Virus record (IMG/VR): IMGVR_UViG_638341087_000020
Location: 1-26,634 of that record
From: a virus
Taxonomy: Duplodnaviria; Heunggongvirae; Uroviricota; Caudoviricetes
Reading direction: 5' to 3' (one strand)
Length of the DNA: 26,634 bases
The position numbers were made by a program, and so were the translations under genes. Under the pieces are notes generated by a model. The model was not told the DNA's origin, did not search any database, and worked only from the letters and a program-made list of their open reading frames with translations. Below, one piece after another: positions 1 to 8,045 of the stretch (the first letter of the stretch is position 1; each line of letters starts with the position of its first letter).

Positions 1-436
1 TCAAAACATGTAAAGCCTTGCAAGCCATTGCGAGGCCTTATGTGTCTCAGTTTTGTCCCACCTTGTATTACGACTTGCATAGCCAATGAAGATAAACGTG
101 ACGACAAACGGCGCAGCGGTCTTCTTTTCCTTTATACTTTCCCCACCCAGCATGCATACCTTCTACCATAACTGTAGTGAATGTCTGTTATGGGCGAAGA
201 GCGGAAAAAGCATACTGAGATCGCCCGGAATATGTCCCATACTTTTGATGAGCTAATTGTGTACCTCAAGGTGGATGTCGAGGCTTAACCTCGTAGTTAT
301 CATCTGCGCGTACCTTTTCAAACAGTTTGTTATCGCTAGCAAATAACATCTAAGGCTTCAGGGCCAATAGATAGATATTGACTAAGCTAAATAGTTTGAT
401 TACTCTTCGAAAATTGATTAAATAAATTTTAATTGG

Positions 437-1225
437 ATGGTAAACATGGAAAACAAAAAAAGTTGCGTTTATTGTAAAAGCACAACAAACTTAACTAAAG
501 AACATATTTTCCCTTCAGCAATAATTAAAAGTTTTAATGTTGAACTTTTATCGATGACTGATAAGAGTGACTACCATTTTAAAGGCGATCCAGTTATTGG
601 GGATGTATGCGCTGAGTGTAATAATGGAATACTGTCGCAACTAGATGCTGATTTCGTAACTTGTTTTAAAAATCAGATGCTAACACCTTTAAAACCCGGA
701 AATGAAATAACATTTGAATATGAATATGATTTATTATTACGTGAACTTCTAAAGATATCATATAATTCAGCGAGGGCATCAAATGGTGGTTATAATGCCA
801 GAGCCATTTTAGAAAAATACATACCATTCATAATCACTGGCAATAAAAACAAAAATGTAGATAGTATAATTCTTTCCCTTCTAATTGTAACTTCTGCAAA
901 TATGGTTAATCTGGAAACTGGTAAACATGAAGAGCCTTTAGAACCATATCTATTAAGAAGCGCATCGATTGGTGGTTTAAACCTCAACCCTAACAATTAT
1001 ATTGTTAGGATGGTTGCATTTAATAGCTTTTGGTTTTTCTTGTTAATTCCAAAGAGGCCAGTTACATCCAAAGTGAAAAAAGAATTTTGGGATGAATTTA
1101 AAAGAAAAAATCATCTGCATGGAGTTTTGTTAAAAAGAAACAACACGTCAATAAAGATCACAAAAGATAAAACGACATATTTGCATCCTGACTTAATAGA
1201 AAAGATGTGGCGAAAAATAAAGTAG
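437..1225 (+). CDS. HNH-nuclease-domain protein (N-terminal HNH motif, about 190-aa C-terminal region of unknown function); AT-rich cargo gene
   Basis: 262-aa ORF. Translation shows C10-x2-C13, E22-H23 and C58-x2-C61-N62, the arrangement of an HNH/His-Me finger nuclease. Visibly AT-rich, Lys/Asn/Ile-rich coding unlike neighbouring phage genes. GGATGG precedes the second ATG (446), which may be the true start. Confidence 0.6.
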   Translation: MVNMENKKSCVYCKSTTNLTKEHIFPSAIIKSFNVELLSMTDKSDYHFKGDPVIGDVCAECNNGILSQLDADFVTCFKNQMLTPLKPGNEITFEYEYDLLLRELLKISYNSARASNGGYNARAILEKYIPFIITGNKNKNVDSIILSLLIVTSANMVNLETGKHEEPLEPYLLRSASIGGLNLNPNNYIVRMVAFNSFWFFLLIPKRPVTSKVKKEFWDEFKRKNHLHGVLLKRNNTSIKITKDKTTYLHPDLIEKMWRKIK

Positions 1226-1578
1226 AACAAATTTTCCAGTTGACAATACCAAAAATAATTAATGGGGACTAGGTTAAATGACGCAGTGGAACAAACTCAC
1301 CAGAGAAGAAAATTAATGGTATTAATGTTCAATGTATTCATTACTGTAACCTAGCCCCTACTAATTTATTCACTATATTGCTGAGTATGTCCGCATCTGG
1401 CACATAGCAGCCCTAGAGATAGGAGCACACAGTCATAGATGGTCGGTGGGAGGTAGTGAAAATCCTCTCATACAATAAATACGTAAAATCGATAACGGCC
1501 GGAAATCATTCAATTCCCGCACTATCGAACGTTCACCAGCCAACCGCAGCACGTTCTTGCATACGACGTGCTACGGTT

Positions 1579-2133
1579 TCATTTATCTCCGACCGGAAAC
1601 TTCTTATACAGTGTCGATATACCAACATCATAGATGATCGCCACCTTCTGGCGAGGAACGCCTGATGCAATTAATCGCCCGGCCTGCGCCCATTGTTCTG
1701 GTGTAAGTTTGGGACGACGTCCACCAATTCGTCCCTGTGCGCGAGCAGCTTCCAGTCCAGCTTTTGTTCGTTCAACAATCAGTTCTCGTTCCATTTCAGC
1801 CAGGGCACCCATGACATGAAAAAAGAAACGGCCCATTGGGGTACTGGTATCAATACTGTCAGTCAGGCTTCGGAAATTCACGCCACGCTGGCGCAACTCT
1901 TCTATCAGCGTAACAAGATGCCGCATACTGCGCCCTAACCTGTCCAGCTTCCAGACAACCAGAGTGTCACCTGCCGATAATGTCCTGAGCAGTTTTTTCA
2001 GTCCGGGCCTTTCGGACTTCGTACCGCTTATCTTGTCTTCAAAAATCAGTTCACATCCTACACAGTTCAACGCATTACGTTGTAGATCGGTGTTCTGGTC
2101 ATTTGTTGATACGCGTACATAGCCAATAAGCAT
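1579..2133 (-). CDS. pin: Serine-recombinase DNA invertase, Pin/Gin/Hin family
   Basis: ORF-track frame trimmed to the internal ATG at 2133 (MLIGYVRVSTNDQ...), with AGGGAG 7 nt upstream. N-terminal catalytic motif YVRVST..Q and C-terminal helix-turn-helix (GVPRQKVAIIYDVGISTLYK) are typical of this family. Lies directly beside an invertible tail-fibre segment. Confidence 0.9.
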   Translation of the reverse strand: MLIGYVRVSTNDQNTDLQRNALNCVGCELIFEDKISGTKSERPGLKKLLRTLSAGDTLVVWKLDRLGRSMRHLVTLIEELRQRGVNFRSLTDSIDTSTPMGRFFFHVMGALAEMERELIVERTKAGLEAARAQGRIGGRRPKLTPEQWAQAGRLIASGVPRQKVAIIYDVGISTLYKKFPVGDK

Positions 2134-2187
2134 GGTGGATCTCCCTGACAAAAGCAGGAATGATGCCATTTGCTCGTTATTTCTGCA

Positions 2188-2213
2188 TTTTCATAAACGT
2201 TGGTTTGGGAGAA
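2188..2213. repeat. Invertase crossover site, left (pix/gix/hix-like 26-bp site)
   Basis: TTTTCATAAACGTTGGTTTGGGAGAA; its reverse complement matches the site at 4067-4092 at 21 of 26 positions. Imperfect dyad around a central TT, with AAAC..GGTTT half-sites as in hix/gix sites. Confidence 0.75.
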
Positions 2214-2711
2214 GGTTCGGCATTACCCGTTGGCGTGCCTGTTCCGTGGCCTTCCGCCACTCCGCCAACAGGCTGGCTGAAATGCAACGGTGCCGCTTTT
2301 TCTGCTGAAGAATACCCGGAACTGGCAAAGGCTTATCCGACAAATAAATTGCCTGATTTACGTGGTGAGTTTATTCGTGGCTGGGATGACGGGCGTGGAG
2401 TGGATAGCGGTCGTACTTTATTAACGAATCAAGAGCATGCAGTAATTTCTCATAATCATGGAATACCTACAAAAGTGGGGTCAGTTACTAATATCCCGTA
2501 TGGAATAGAACAGGTTATATCTGATGAAACCATTTTTTCATCAGCAAAAACAGTTGGTGTGGATTACTGGTCTAACAGTGAGCGAGTTTTTACTTATACC
2601 ACTGGTGGAAGAAATGGTGCTGAATCAGTGAGTTCACCTGATGCCTCCTCTTTAATTAAAGAAACCAGACCACGGAACCTGGCATTTGCGTATATCGTGA
2701 GGGCTGCATAA
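2202..2711 (+). CDS. Alternative tail-fibre C-terminal (receptor-binding) cassette, silent in the present orientation; no start of its own
   Basis: The frame is open from the left crossover site and reads ..NVGLGEGSALPVGVPVPWPSATPPTGW.., in the same phase relative to GGTTTGGGAGAA as the expressed fibre. Inversion would fuse it to the constant N-terminus. The ATG at 2160 in the ORF track is probably fortuitous. Confidence 0.6.
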   Translation, partial: GLGEGSALPVGVPVPWPSATPPTGWLKCNGAAFSAEEYPELAKAYPTNKLPDLRGEFIRGWDDGRGVDSGRTLLTNQEHAVISHNHGIPTKVGSVTNIPYGIEQVISDETIFSSAKTVGVDYWSNSERVFTYTTGGRNGAESVSSPDASSLIKETRPRNLAFAYIVRAA

Positions 2712-3313
2712 TGGATTACGCTGTATTAAATAACGAATTTATCGCCACCCAAGCAGGAAATATTACGGTTTATAACTATGATGGTGAAACACGGGAATAT
2801 ATTTTCACATCAACTGAATATCTTGCTGTGGGTGTCGGCATTCCGGCATGTTCCTGTTTAGATGCTCCTGGCTCATACAAAACTGGGTATGCAATCTGCC
2901 GTTCTGCAGATTTTAACTCATGGGAATATGTGCCAGACCATCGTGGTGAAATCGTCTTTAGCACAGAAACAGGAGAATCAAAAGAAATCAAAGCTCCGGG
3001 TGATTACCCTGAAAATACAACCACTATCGCCCCTTTATCTCCATACGATAAATGGGATGGTGAGAAATGGGTAACCGATACTGAGGCACAGCATAGCGCC
3101 GCAGTAGACGCGGCAGAAGCACAGCGCCAGTCACTGATTGATGCTGCAATGGCTTCCATCAGTCTGATTCAGCTGAAATTACAGGCCGGACGGAAACTGA
3201 CGCAGGCAGAAACAACCCAGCTTAACGCTGTGCTGGATTACATTGACGCGGTGACGGCAACAGATACCAGCACCGCGCCGAATGTCATCTGGCCTGAACT
3301 GCCGGAGGCGTAG
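2711..3313 (+). CDS. Tail-fibre assembly chaperone (Tfa), alternative cassette copy
   Basis: 200-aa ORF starting in a TAATG overlap with the preceding cassette. C-terminus (..LDYIDAVTATDTSTAPNVIWPELP) carries the conserved Tfa C-terminal motif also seen in the 3285-3725 copy. Confidence 0.7.
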   Translation: MDYAVLNNEFIATQAGNITVYNYDGETREYIFTSTEYLAVGVGIPACSCLDAPGSYKTGYAICRSADFNSWEYVPDHRGEIVFSTETGESKEIKAPGDYPENTTTIAPLSPYDKWDGEKWVTDTEAQHSAAVDAAEAQRQSLIDAAMASISLIQLKLQAGRKLTQAETTQLNAVLDYIDAVTATDTSTAPNVIWPELPEA

Positions 3314-3725
3314 GCCATTCAATATCTGGAGCACTGGAGGGATCAACCAGTTCCAGTGCGTCCAGATAATCCAGCCATAAATTATATTGCGCCAGTTCCT
3401 CACCTTTCAGACGACCAATAGCTGCTTTACCTGGCCATTGCCTGTTATTCATGTGCTCATTGGCAGTATCTATGCGCCGCTGACGCTCGTATTCTGCCAT
3501 CTTTATCAGTTCTTCAGGTGCCAGTGGCGGAATATCACTCCATACGGGATAACCATCATCACCCGCAATCCTCATTTTTCCCTCCGGTGGCTTCTGAAAT
3601 GCAGAAAAAGTTTCTTCATCAACCTCCACGCCTTTTTCTGGCCATAACCCCACGGATTCATAATGTAATTTCAAAGCCAACGGATAGAAGGCGTTAGTTT
3701 TTGCATCATAAATATATTTGTTCAT
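3285..3725 (-). CDS. Tail-fibre assembly chaperone (Tfa), expressed-orientation copy
   Basis: 146-aa ORF immediately downstream of the tail-fibre gene. C-terminal motif ..LDYLDALELVDPSSAPDIEWP. Converges on and overlaps the other Tfa copy by 29 bp. Confidence 0.8.
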   Translation of the reverse strand: MNKYIYDAKTNAFYPLALKLHYESVGLWPEKGVEVDEETFSAFQKPPEGKMRIAGDDGYPVWSDIPPLAPEELIKMAEYERQRRIDTANEHMNNRQWPGKAAIGRLKGEELAQYNLWLDYLDALELVDPSSAPDIEWPTPPAVQAR

Positions 3726-3727
3726 TT

Positions 3728-4369
3728 TTATTTCCCTATTGCAATCCAGTTAGCGCCAGCACCCGTTCCGCCAGTACGAGAACTCATTAAATAAAATGCA
3801 AGTAGTCCGCCTCCTGCCGGAGTTGTCGCAAAGGCAGGGCAATCTGTCGCACCGTTAATTGCACTGTCAAAAGACGTGGCAATACGATAACCAGATGTAA
3901 AAGGAATCGGGAAGTTAACAGTTGTTGGATAGCCGATTGGCCCTGCAATACTGACGCCAAACTGTATGATTGTACCATCCGGAAATTTCATCCAGCCTGG
4001 CCCCGACGTGAAGCTAGCCATATCCGAGATCTGATTTACCCCGGTTCCAACCTCCCGTTTTGCCGCTTCTCCCAAACCAAGGTTTTCGAGAGCCGTTTTC
4101 ACCGTGCCGTCCGATTTGATATCGCCAAACGGATTTTTGCGGCTTAACAGTAGCGCCCGAAGCGCGGTAAGCAACTGGTCGTGCCGCGCCTTCTCCAGGC
4201 TGGCACCGGATGCCTCCACCACGCTGCAAAGTTCCTCCTGCAACATGTCAAAGTAGTCATCATCCAGATCGGTGGCAGGCGTGCCTGTCTGGGGGTTACC
4301 ACGGGTAAAACCGTTCTTACCCGCGCCGAACTTATCCTTTTGCGCGGTTTTCGTGTCTATACGATGCAT
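3728..4369 (-). CDS. Tail-fibre protein (constant N-terminus plus currently selected variable C-terminus)
   Basis: 213-aa ORF with GGAG 6 nt upstream of the ATG. N-terminus [22 protein letters not shown].. resembles side-tail-fibre N-termini of Mu/P2/e14-type phages. The crossover site lies at about residues 93-101. Confidence 0.8.
   Translation of the reverse strand: MHRIDTKTAQKDKFGAGKNGFTRGNPQTGTPATDLDDDYFDMLQEELCSVVEASGASLEKARHDQLLTALRALLLSRKNPFGDIKSDGTVKTALENLGLGEAAKREVGTGVNQISDMASFTSGPGWMKFPDGTIIQFGVSIAGPIGYPTTVNFPIPFTSGYRIATSFDSAINGATDCPAFATTPAGGGLLAFYLMSSRTGGTGAGANWIAIGK
4067..4092. repeat. Invertase crossover site, right (pix/gix/hix-like 26-bp site) inside the tail-fibre gene
   Basis: TTCTCCCAAACCAAGGTTTTCGAGAG, inverted relative to 2188-2213. 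Lies in the tail-fibre frame at the conserved ...[10 protein letters not shown]... junction. Confidence 0.75.
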
Positions 4370-4372
4370 GGA

Positions 4373-4957
4373 TTACTCCGGATATTTAAAAATTACGTAG
4401 GTATGCGATGGGCAGAGTTTGTTAAGCACGCACTCGATAACGGTGTCCCCCCAGATACGCAGTGCGGAATCGCAGGGATCGCCACATGTCATCCAGGTGG
4501 TGTTGGTGGCAGCTGGCATATTGACCTGCCAGTAATACCGCCATTCCGGCGCATTCACCGCGTCAGTACAGGCCGATGAGCAGGTGAACGTGCTTTTGTC
4601 GTATCGCGTGATGGTGGCATCTGGTCTGCCCAGGGCAGCAAGCTGTGCAAGATAAAAATCCTCGTTGATGCCACCCGCCAGGTTAACCTTCGCATCCAGC
4701 CGTTGCTGACGCTGGCGAAGGGTCTGTGTCCCTGCGGGAATACATTCATCCGGCAGGCCACACAGACGCTCCCAGCGATTTATCAGCTCGGTGGTGGTGC
4801 GCGGATCAAGCTCCCGCATCAGGGCATCCGCACGCTGATGAACGCGGGTTAATGAAGGTGCCGCACCGGCAATCGCCGGATCGCTGGCTGACCATGCAGG
4901 ACCGGGCGGCAACAGTGCCGATAACAGGCGGATGTAATCATCGTTTGTCACGTCCAT
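4373..4957 (-). CDS. Baseplate/tail protein, Mu gp48-like (YmfQ-like)
   Basis: 194-aa ORF in a tightly packed baseplate cluster between the J-like gene and the tail fibre. Family assignment from remembered similarity. Confidence 0.65.
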   Translation of the reverse strand: MDVTNDDYIRLLSALLPPGPAWSASDPAIAGAAPSLTRVHQRADALMRELDPRTTTELINRWERLCGLPDECIPAGTQTLRQRQQRLDAKVNLAGGINEDFYLAQLAALGRPDATITRYDKSTFTCSSACTDAVNAPEWRYYWQVNMPAATNTTWMTCGDPCDSALRIWGDTVIECVLNKLCPSHTYVIFKYPE

Positions 4958-6006
4958 GAAATCGTCCCCAGAACCGCCAGCTCATTTTTCGCAATGGAGA
5001 TATTGTCCACCGGTGCAAGCAACTGATGGCTGTATTCCCCGTTCGCACCGGAAATCGCCTCACTGATACGCGATACCTTCAGTTCTCCCTGCGGATAACC
5101 ATCACGCAGCAGGAACGAACGCAACTCCGCGGTAATGGCAGCCCGTATTTCTGGTGTGTCCGGCGTCACGCGGATATGAAAATCCACCGTATGTGCCACC
5201 GGCCTGAATACATACAAATCAGAGCCTGCCACCGGGGCCAGTGGCTCAATGTGTTGTCTTGCCGCCGTTTCCGTTGATTCTTCCGGAATGGGATTAATCA
5301 GGTCACTGCTGGCAATCATCACACCGACAGTTCCCGTTCCCATCCAGTGACGGTATGTCCATGCGCGGGTAATGCCGGACACTTCTTTAGCCCAGACGAC
5401 ATAGTCCCCGTCAGCCCCGCCCTGAGGCGTCCAGTAATACCGCTCAATGACGCGGGCGCGCCACGTTTCCAGCTCTTCAGTATCAAATCCACCTGTCAGG
5501 GTATCTGCCACGCCGGAAGACGGCAGACCATTAACCGGCGTGACCAGGATTAATGACGTACCGTCGTCAGCGTTACCGACCGCGCCTGCACTTGAGCAGG
5601 CGATCGGCACGCGCAGGACACCACCGGAGCTGGTTGCATCGGCAGTTGCCGTGTACTGAACCAGGTCATCGCGCTGAATAACACTCCCGGCAGTCACCTT
5701 CAGGCCATCGCTGACACCTTCCCAGCGCATATACCCGCTGGCAGCCGTGGCCCCCTTGCGCGGACACCGTTTCATCGCAGCATGTCGCGCCAGCCAGGAC
5801 TCATCGCACAGGTCAGGCAGCATGTTCATTGCCAGATAATCGATGTACCCGTAAACCGTATGCAGCGCCGCCGCATACACCTTTGCCCGCACGTCTTCAT
5901 CCATGCGCCGGAGCGTGTCGCTGACGTCCAGCCTGGCGAATAAATCGTTACGGAGCATACTGATATTTTCTGCCAGCGTCGGGCGCTGAAATTCACTGTC
6001 CGCCAT
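4948..6006 (-). CDS. Baseplate J-like protein (Mu gp47-like)
   Basis: 352-aa ORF. Size and position (after the gp45/gp46 homologues, before the gp48-like gene) fit baseplate J. Confidence 0.75.
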   Translation of the reverse strand: MADSEFQRPTLAENISMLRNDLFARLDVSDTLRRMDEDVRAKVYAAALHTVYGYIDYLAMNMLPDLCDESWLARHAAMKRCPRKGATAASGYMRWEGVSDGLKVTAGSVIQRDDLVQYTATADATSSGGVLRVPIACSSAGAVGNADDGTSLILVTPVNGLPSSGVADTLTGGFDTEELETWRARVIERYYWTPQGGADGDYVVWAKEVSGITRAWTYRHWMGTGTVGVMIASSDLINPIPEESTETAARQHIEPLAPVAGSDLYVFRPVAHTVDFHIRVTPDTPEIRAAITAELRSFLLRDGYPQGELKVSRISEAISGANGEYSHQLLAPVDNISIAKNELAVLGTISWT

Positions 6007-6418
6007 GCGTTATCGCACTCCACAGATCATCAAAAGAAATCATTACCGGTCCGTCACGACGCCAGAGAGTGATACTGTTACCCAGTTCATTAATCCCGGT
6101 GCGGCGGATATCCAGATCAATACGGGACACCACGCCGTCATCAATCATCCATTGCAGGCATTCGCGGATATACCCCCTTACTGTCTGCACCAGCTGATTG
6201 GTCAGTTTGCTGCGCTGAAGCAGCCACAGTCGGGAGCCGTAACGGTCATTCTGTACCGCAGGCCAGGTATCCCCCCACCATCCCATCGGGACGTCGGCAT
6301 TGTCATCAGGCTCCGCCCGCCGCCAGGTGAACAGGGAAATCACCACAGCGCGGGTCAGCGGCTCCAGCGGTGCGCTGGCGCAGGTGCGTTTACCGTTCAC
6401 CGTCAGCCACAGTTCCAT
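5993..6418 (-). CDS. Baseplate protein, Mu gp46-like
   Basis: About 141-aa ORF. Tandem ATGs overlap the stop of the upstream gene; GGAGG upstream favours the second ATG (6418). Confidence 0.6.
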   Translation of the reverse strand: MELWLTVNGKRTCASAPLEPLTRAVVISLFTWRRAEPDDNADVPMGWWGDTWPAVQNDRYGSRLWLLQRSKLTNQLVQTVRGYIRECLQWMIDDGVVSRIDLDIRRTGINELGNSITLWRRDGPVMISFDDLWSAITHGGQ

Positions 6419-6966
6419 CATGCCTCCATCGCTTTATCAGGTTTGTCGGTGTTACTGCCCTGACCGTTCTCTCTGTGACGATGCCCGTTATAGGCAAGCC
6501 GCATCGCTGACATGGTGGTGCCGCCGGAGTCGCACAGGTCTTTCACCTGTCCGGTCACTTCCAGGTCCATTTCAAAACGTGCTCTGGGCGCATTGCGAAA
6601 CGTGATCGTTTTACCTGCACCGTCCACCACGATACCCGCCCGGGTCAGCGTCACGGACTGCCCCTGATCGTCATAGACAGCCACCTCACCCGTCTGCAGC
6701 CCTTTCAGGCGGTAGCGCCGGTCCGACACCGTAACAACCACCGCATGAGAACGGTCGCCATCCGGAAACAACACCACCGCTTCCGCACCGCTGTTTGCCC
6801 TTGCGGTAAAACCGTAGGGTTCAAGATGTTCAACCCCGGCTTTGGGTTCACCGGCAATCAGGGACACATCCACGGTCTGACATTTCGTGGCGGCACTGAT
6901 GCTTTTCACCACGGCCCGCCCAATCAGGCCGAGGAGTTGTCGCTGCATGGCTTCAATCGTCCTCAT
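6418..6966 (-). CDS. Baseplate assembly/spike protein V (Mu gp45-like)
   Basis: 182-aa ORF; position and size fit the gpV spike family. Confidence 0.7.
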   Translation of the reverse strand: MRTIEAMQRQLLGLIGRAVVKSISAATKCQTVDVSLIAGEPKAGVEHLEPYGFTARANSGAEAVVLFPDGDRSHAVVVTVSDRRYRLKGLQTGEVAVYDDQGQSVTLTRAGIVVDGAGKTITFRNAPRARFEMDLEVTGQVKDLCDSGGTTMSAMRLAYNGHRHRENGQGSNTDKPDKAMEA

Positions 6967-8045
6967 CAGAACGGGTCCTCCTGTACTCTGGCTTTTTTCT
7001 TTTTCCGCGCGCCGGGGGCTTCGGGTTCAGGCAGATAAGCATCAGGTGGGCCGACACGGATTTCCGTCAGGGTGCCGTTCTGGTCCTGAGTAAACGTGAC
7101 TTCCGAGACAAGCAGTTCGGTATTGTCGAAACCACAGACCGGATCGAAGACAATCACCCGCTGGTTGGGCTGCCACAGCGTACCGTTACCCTGTCGCCAG
7201 CCCTGCACCACATAGGTGGTTTCATCCGTCCGCGCCGCCCGTTGTCGGGCTTCAAAGTCAGCACGCGCAATACAGCCTGCCCCCGTAGCCTGCCCTGTCT
7301 GCCTGATATACATCGGACGGTAACGGGCAATAAATGCGTCCTCTGTGCGGGCCCGCAGCGCAGTTGTGGTGGCCTCACCGAAATCATCGTCGTTTCCGGC
7401 ACGCTGCCCCGCCACCTGGTAAACAGAAAACCGCTCCCGGATACTCTTCTCCGTATCGCAGGAAAGGATGTTTTCCCCGAGTACCAGCGCGGTATGTGCC
7501 CGCGTTGAGCCAATACCGCCAATCACCAGCCTGCCGTGCGGGTCGTCATAAGCCAGCGCCTGCTGCTGACCGAGTATTTTGTTAATCACCTCGATCACCG
7601 TTTCACCGTGATCAGGCTGGACATCAGGAATAACACCCGACGGCGCACCGCTGTTCACCACCTCAATGCCGAAGGGCGCAGCAAGCGCCTGCGCAATCTG
7701 TACCAGTGATCGTCCGTTAAACTGTGTCGGTTCGGCTGCACAATCAATCAGGTCAGCGGTCAGACTGCGTCCGGCAATACCGGTGCTGACCGAACGGGCA
7801 TCGTAACGAACGGGCGTCGCCTCCACCCAGCCGGTGATCACCAGCTCATCACCAATCAGCACCTCCACTTTTGAACCGTTTTTAATGCGCGGCTGAAGCG
7901 TGGTGATACCCTCATCACCCGGCCACTGGCGGGTGATCTCCACACTGAAATCCCGCGCCAGTCGTTCAACACCGGCACCGATGCGCACCGATGTCCAGCC
8001 ATTCCACTCCCGGCCATTTACCCGTAGCGTGACATTGTCGTTCAT
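6966..8045 (-). CDS. Baseplate hub/tail protein (Mu gp44/P-like)
   Basis: 359-aa ORF between the DNA-circulation-like and gpV-like genes. Confidence 0.65.
   Translation of the reverse strand: MNDNVTLRVNGREWNGWTSVRIGAGVERLARDFSVEITRQWPGDEGITTLQPRIKNGSKVEVLIGDELVITGWVEATPVRYDARSVSTGIAGRSLTADLIDCAAEPTQFNGRSLVQIAQALAAPFGIEVVNSGAPSGVIPDVQPDHGETVIEVINKILGQQQALAYDDPHGRLVIGGIGSTRAHTALVLGENILSCDTEKSIRERFSVYQVAGQRAGNDDDFGEATTTALRARTEDAFIARYRPMYIRQTGQATGAGCIARADFEARQRAARTDETTYVVQGWRQGNGTLWQPNQRVIVFDPVCGFDNTELLVSEVTFTQDQNGTLTEIRVGPPDAYLPEPEAPGARKKKKARVQEDPF

Larger units (their letters stand above)
2188..4092. other. Invertible DNA segment (G/P-segment-like host-range switch), about 1.9 kb
   Basis: Bounded by inverted 26-bp crossover sites. 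Contains two convergent variable-tip plus chaperone cassettes; the adjacent invertase gene lies outside the segment. Confidence 0.7.

Noticed and set aside
1-13. Window begins CAAAACATGTAA, resembling the last codons and stop of the host icd gene (the e14 attachment target)
   Set aside because: Only about 12 bp are visible and the first codon would differ (Q rather than E); too short to support an attachment-site call.
190-288. 32-aa ORF (MGEERKKHTEIARNMSHTFDELIVYLKVDVEA) in the left flank
   Set aside because: Protein-like composition but very short, no RBS, and no supporting context; could be a remnant or chance.
1264-1317. Tiny ORF and TTGACA hexamer in the 350-bp spacer between the HNH cargo gene and the invertase
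   Set aside because: The ORF is only 12 codons, and the -35-like hexamer has no matching -10 at proper spacing; the spacer may hold the element boundary but nothing can be supported.
1546-1570. Hairpin AGCACGT(N11)ACGTGCT just downstream of the invertase stop as a terminator
   Set aside because: No T-tract follows on the transcribed strand; at most a weak structural element.
1634-1938. Plus-strand ORFs (1634-1819, 1693-1938) inside the invertase gene
   Set aside because: Antisense shadow frames of a well-supported gene; low-complexity translations and no start context.
2160-2201. ATG ATG at 2160 as a real start for the plus-strand fibre cassette
   Set aside because: These codons lie in the invertase upstream region and cross the crossover site; the cassette is expected to be expressed only after inversion fuses it to the constant fibre N-terminus.
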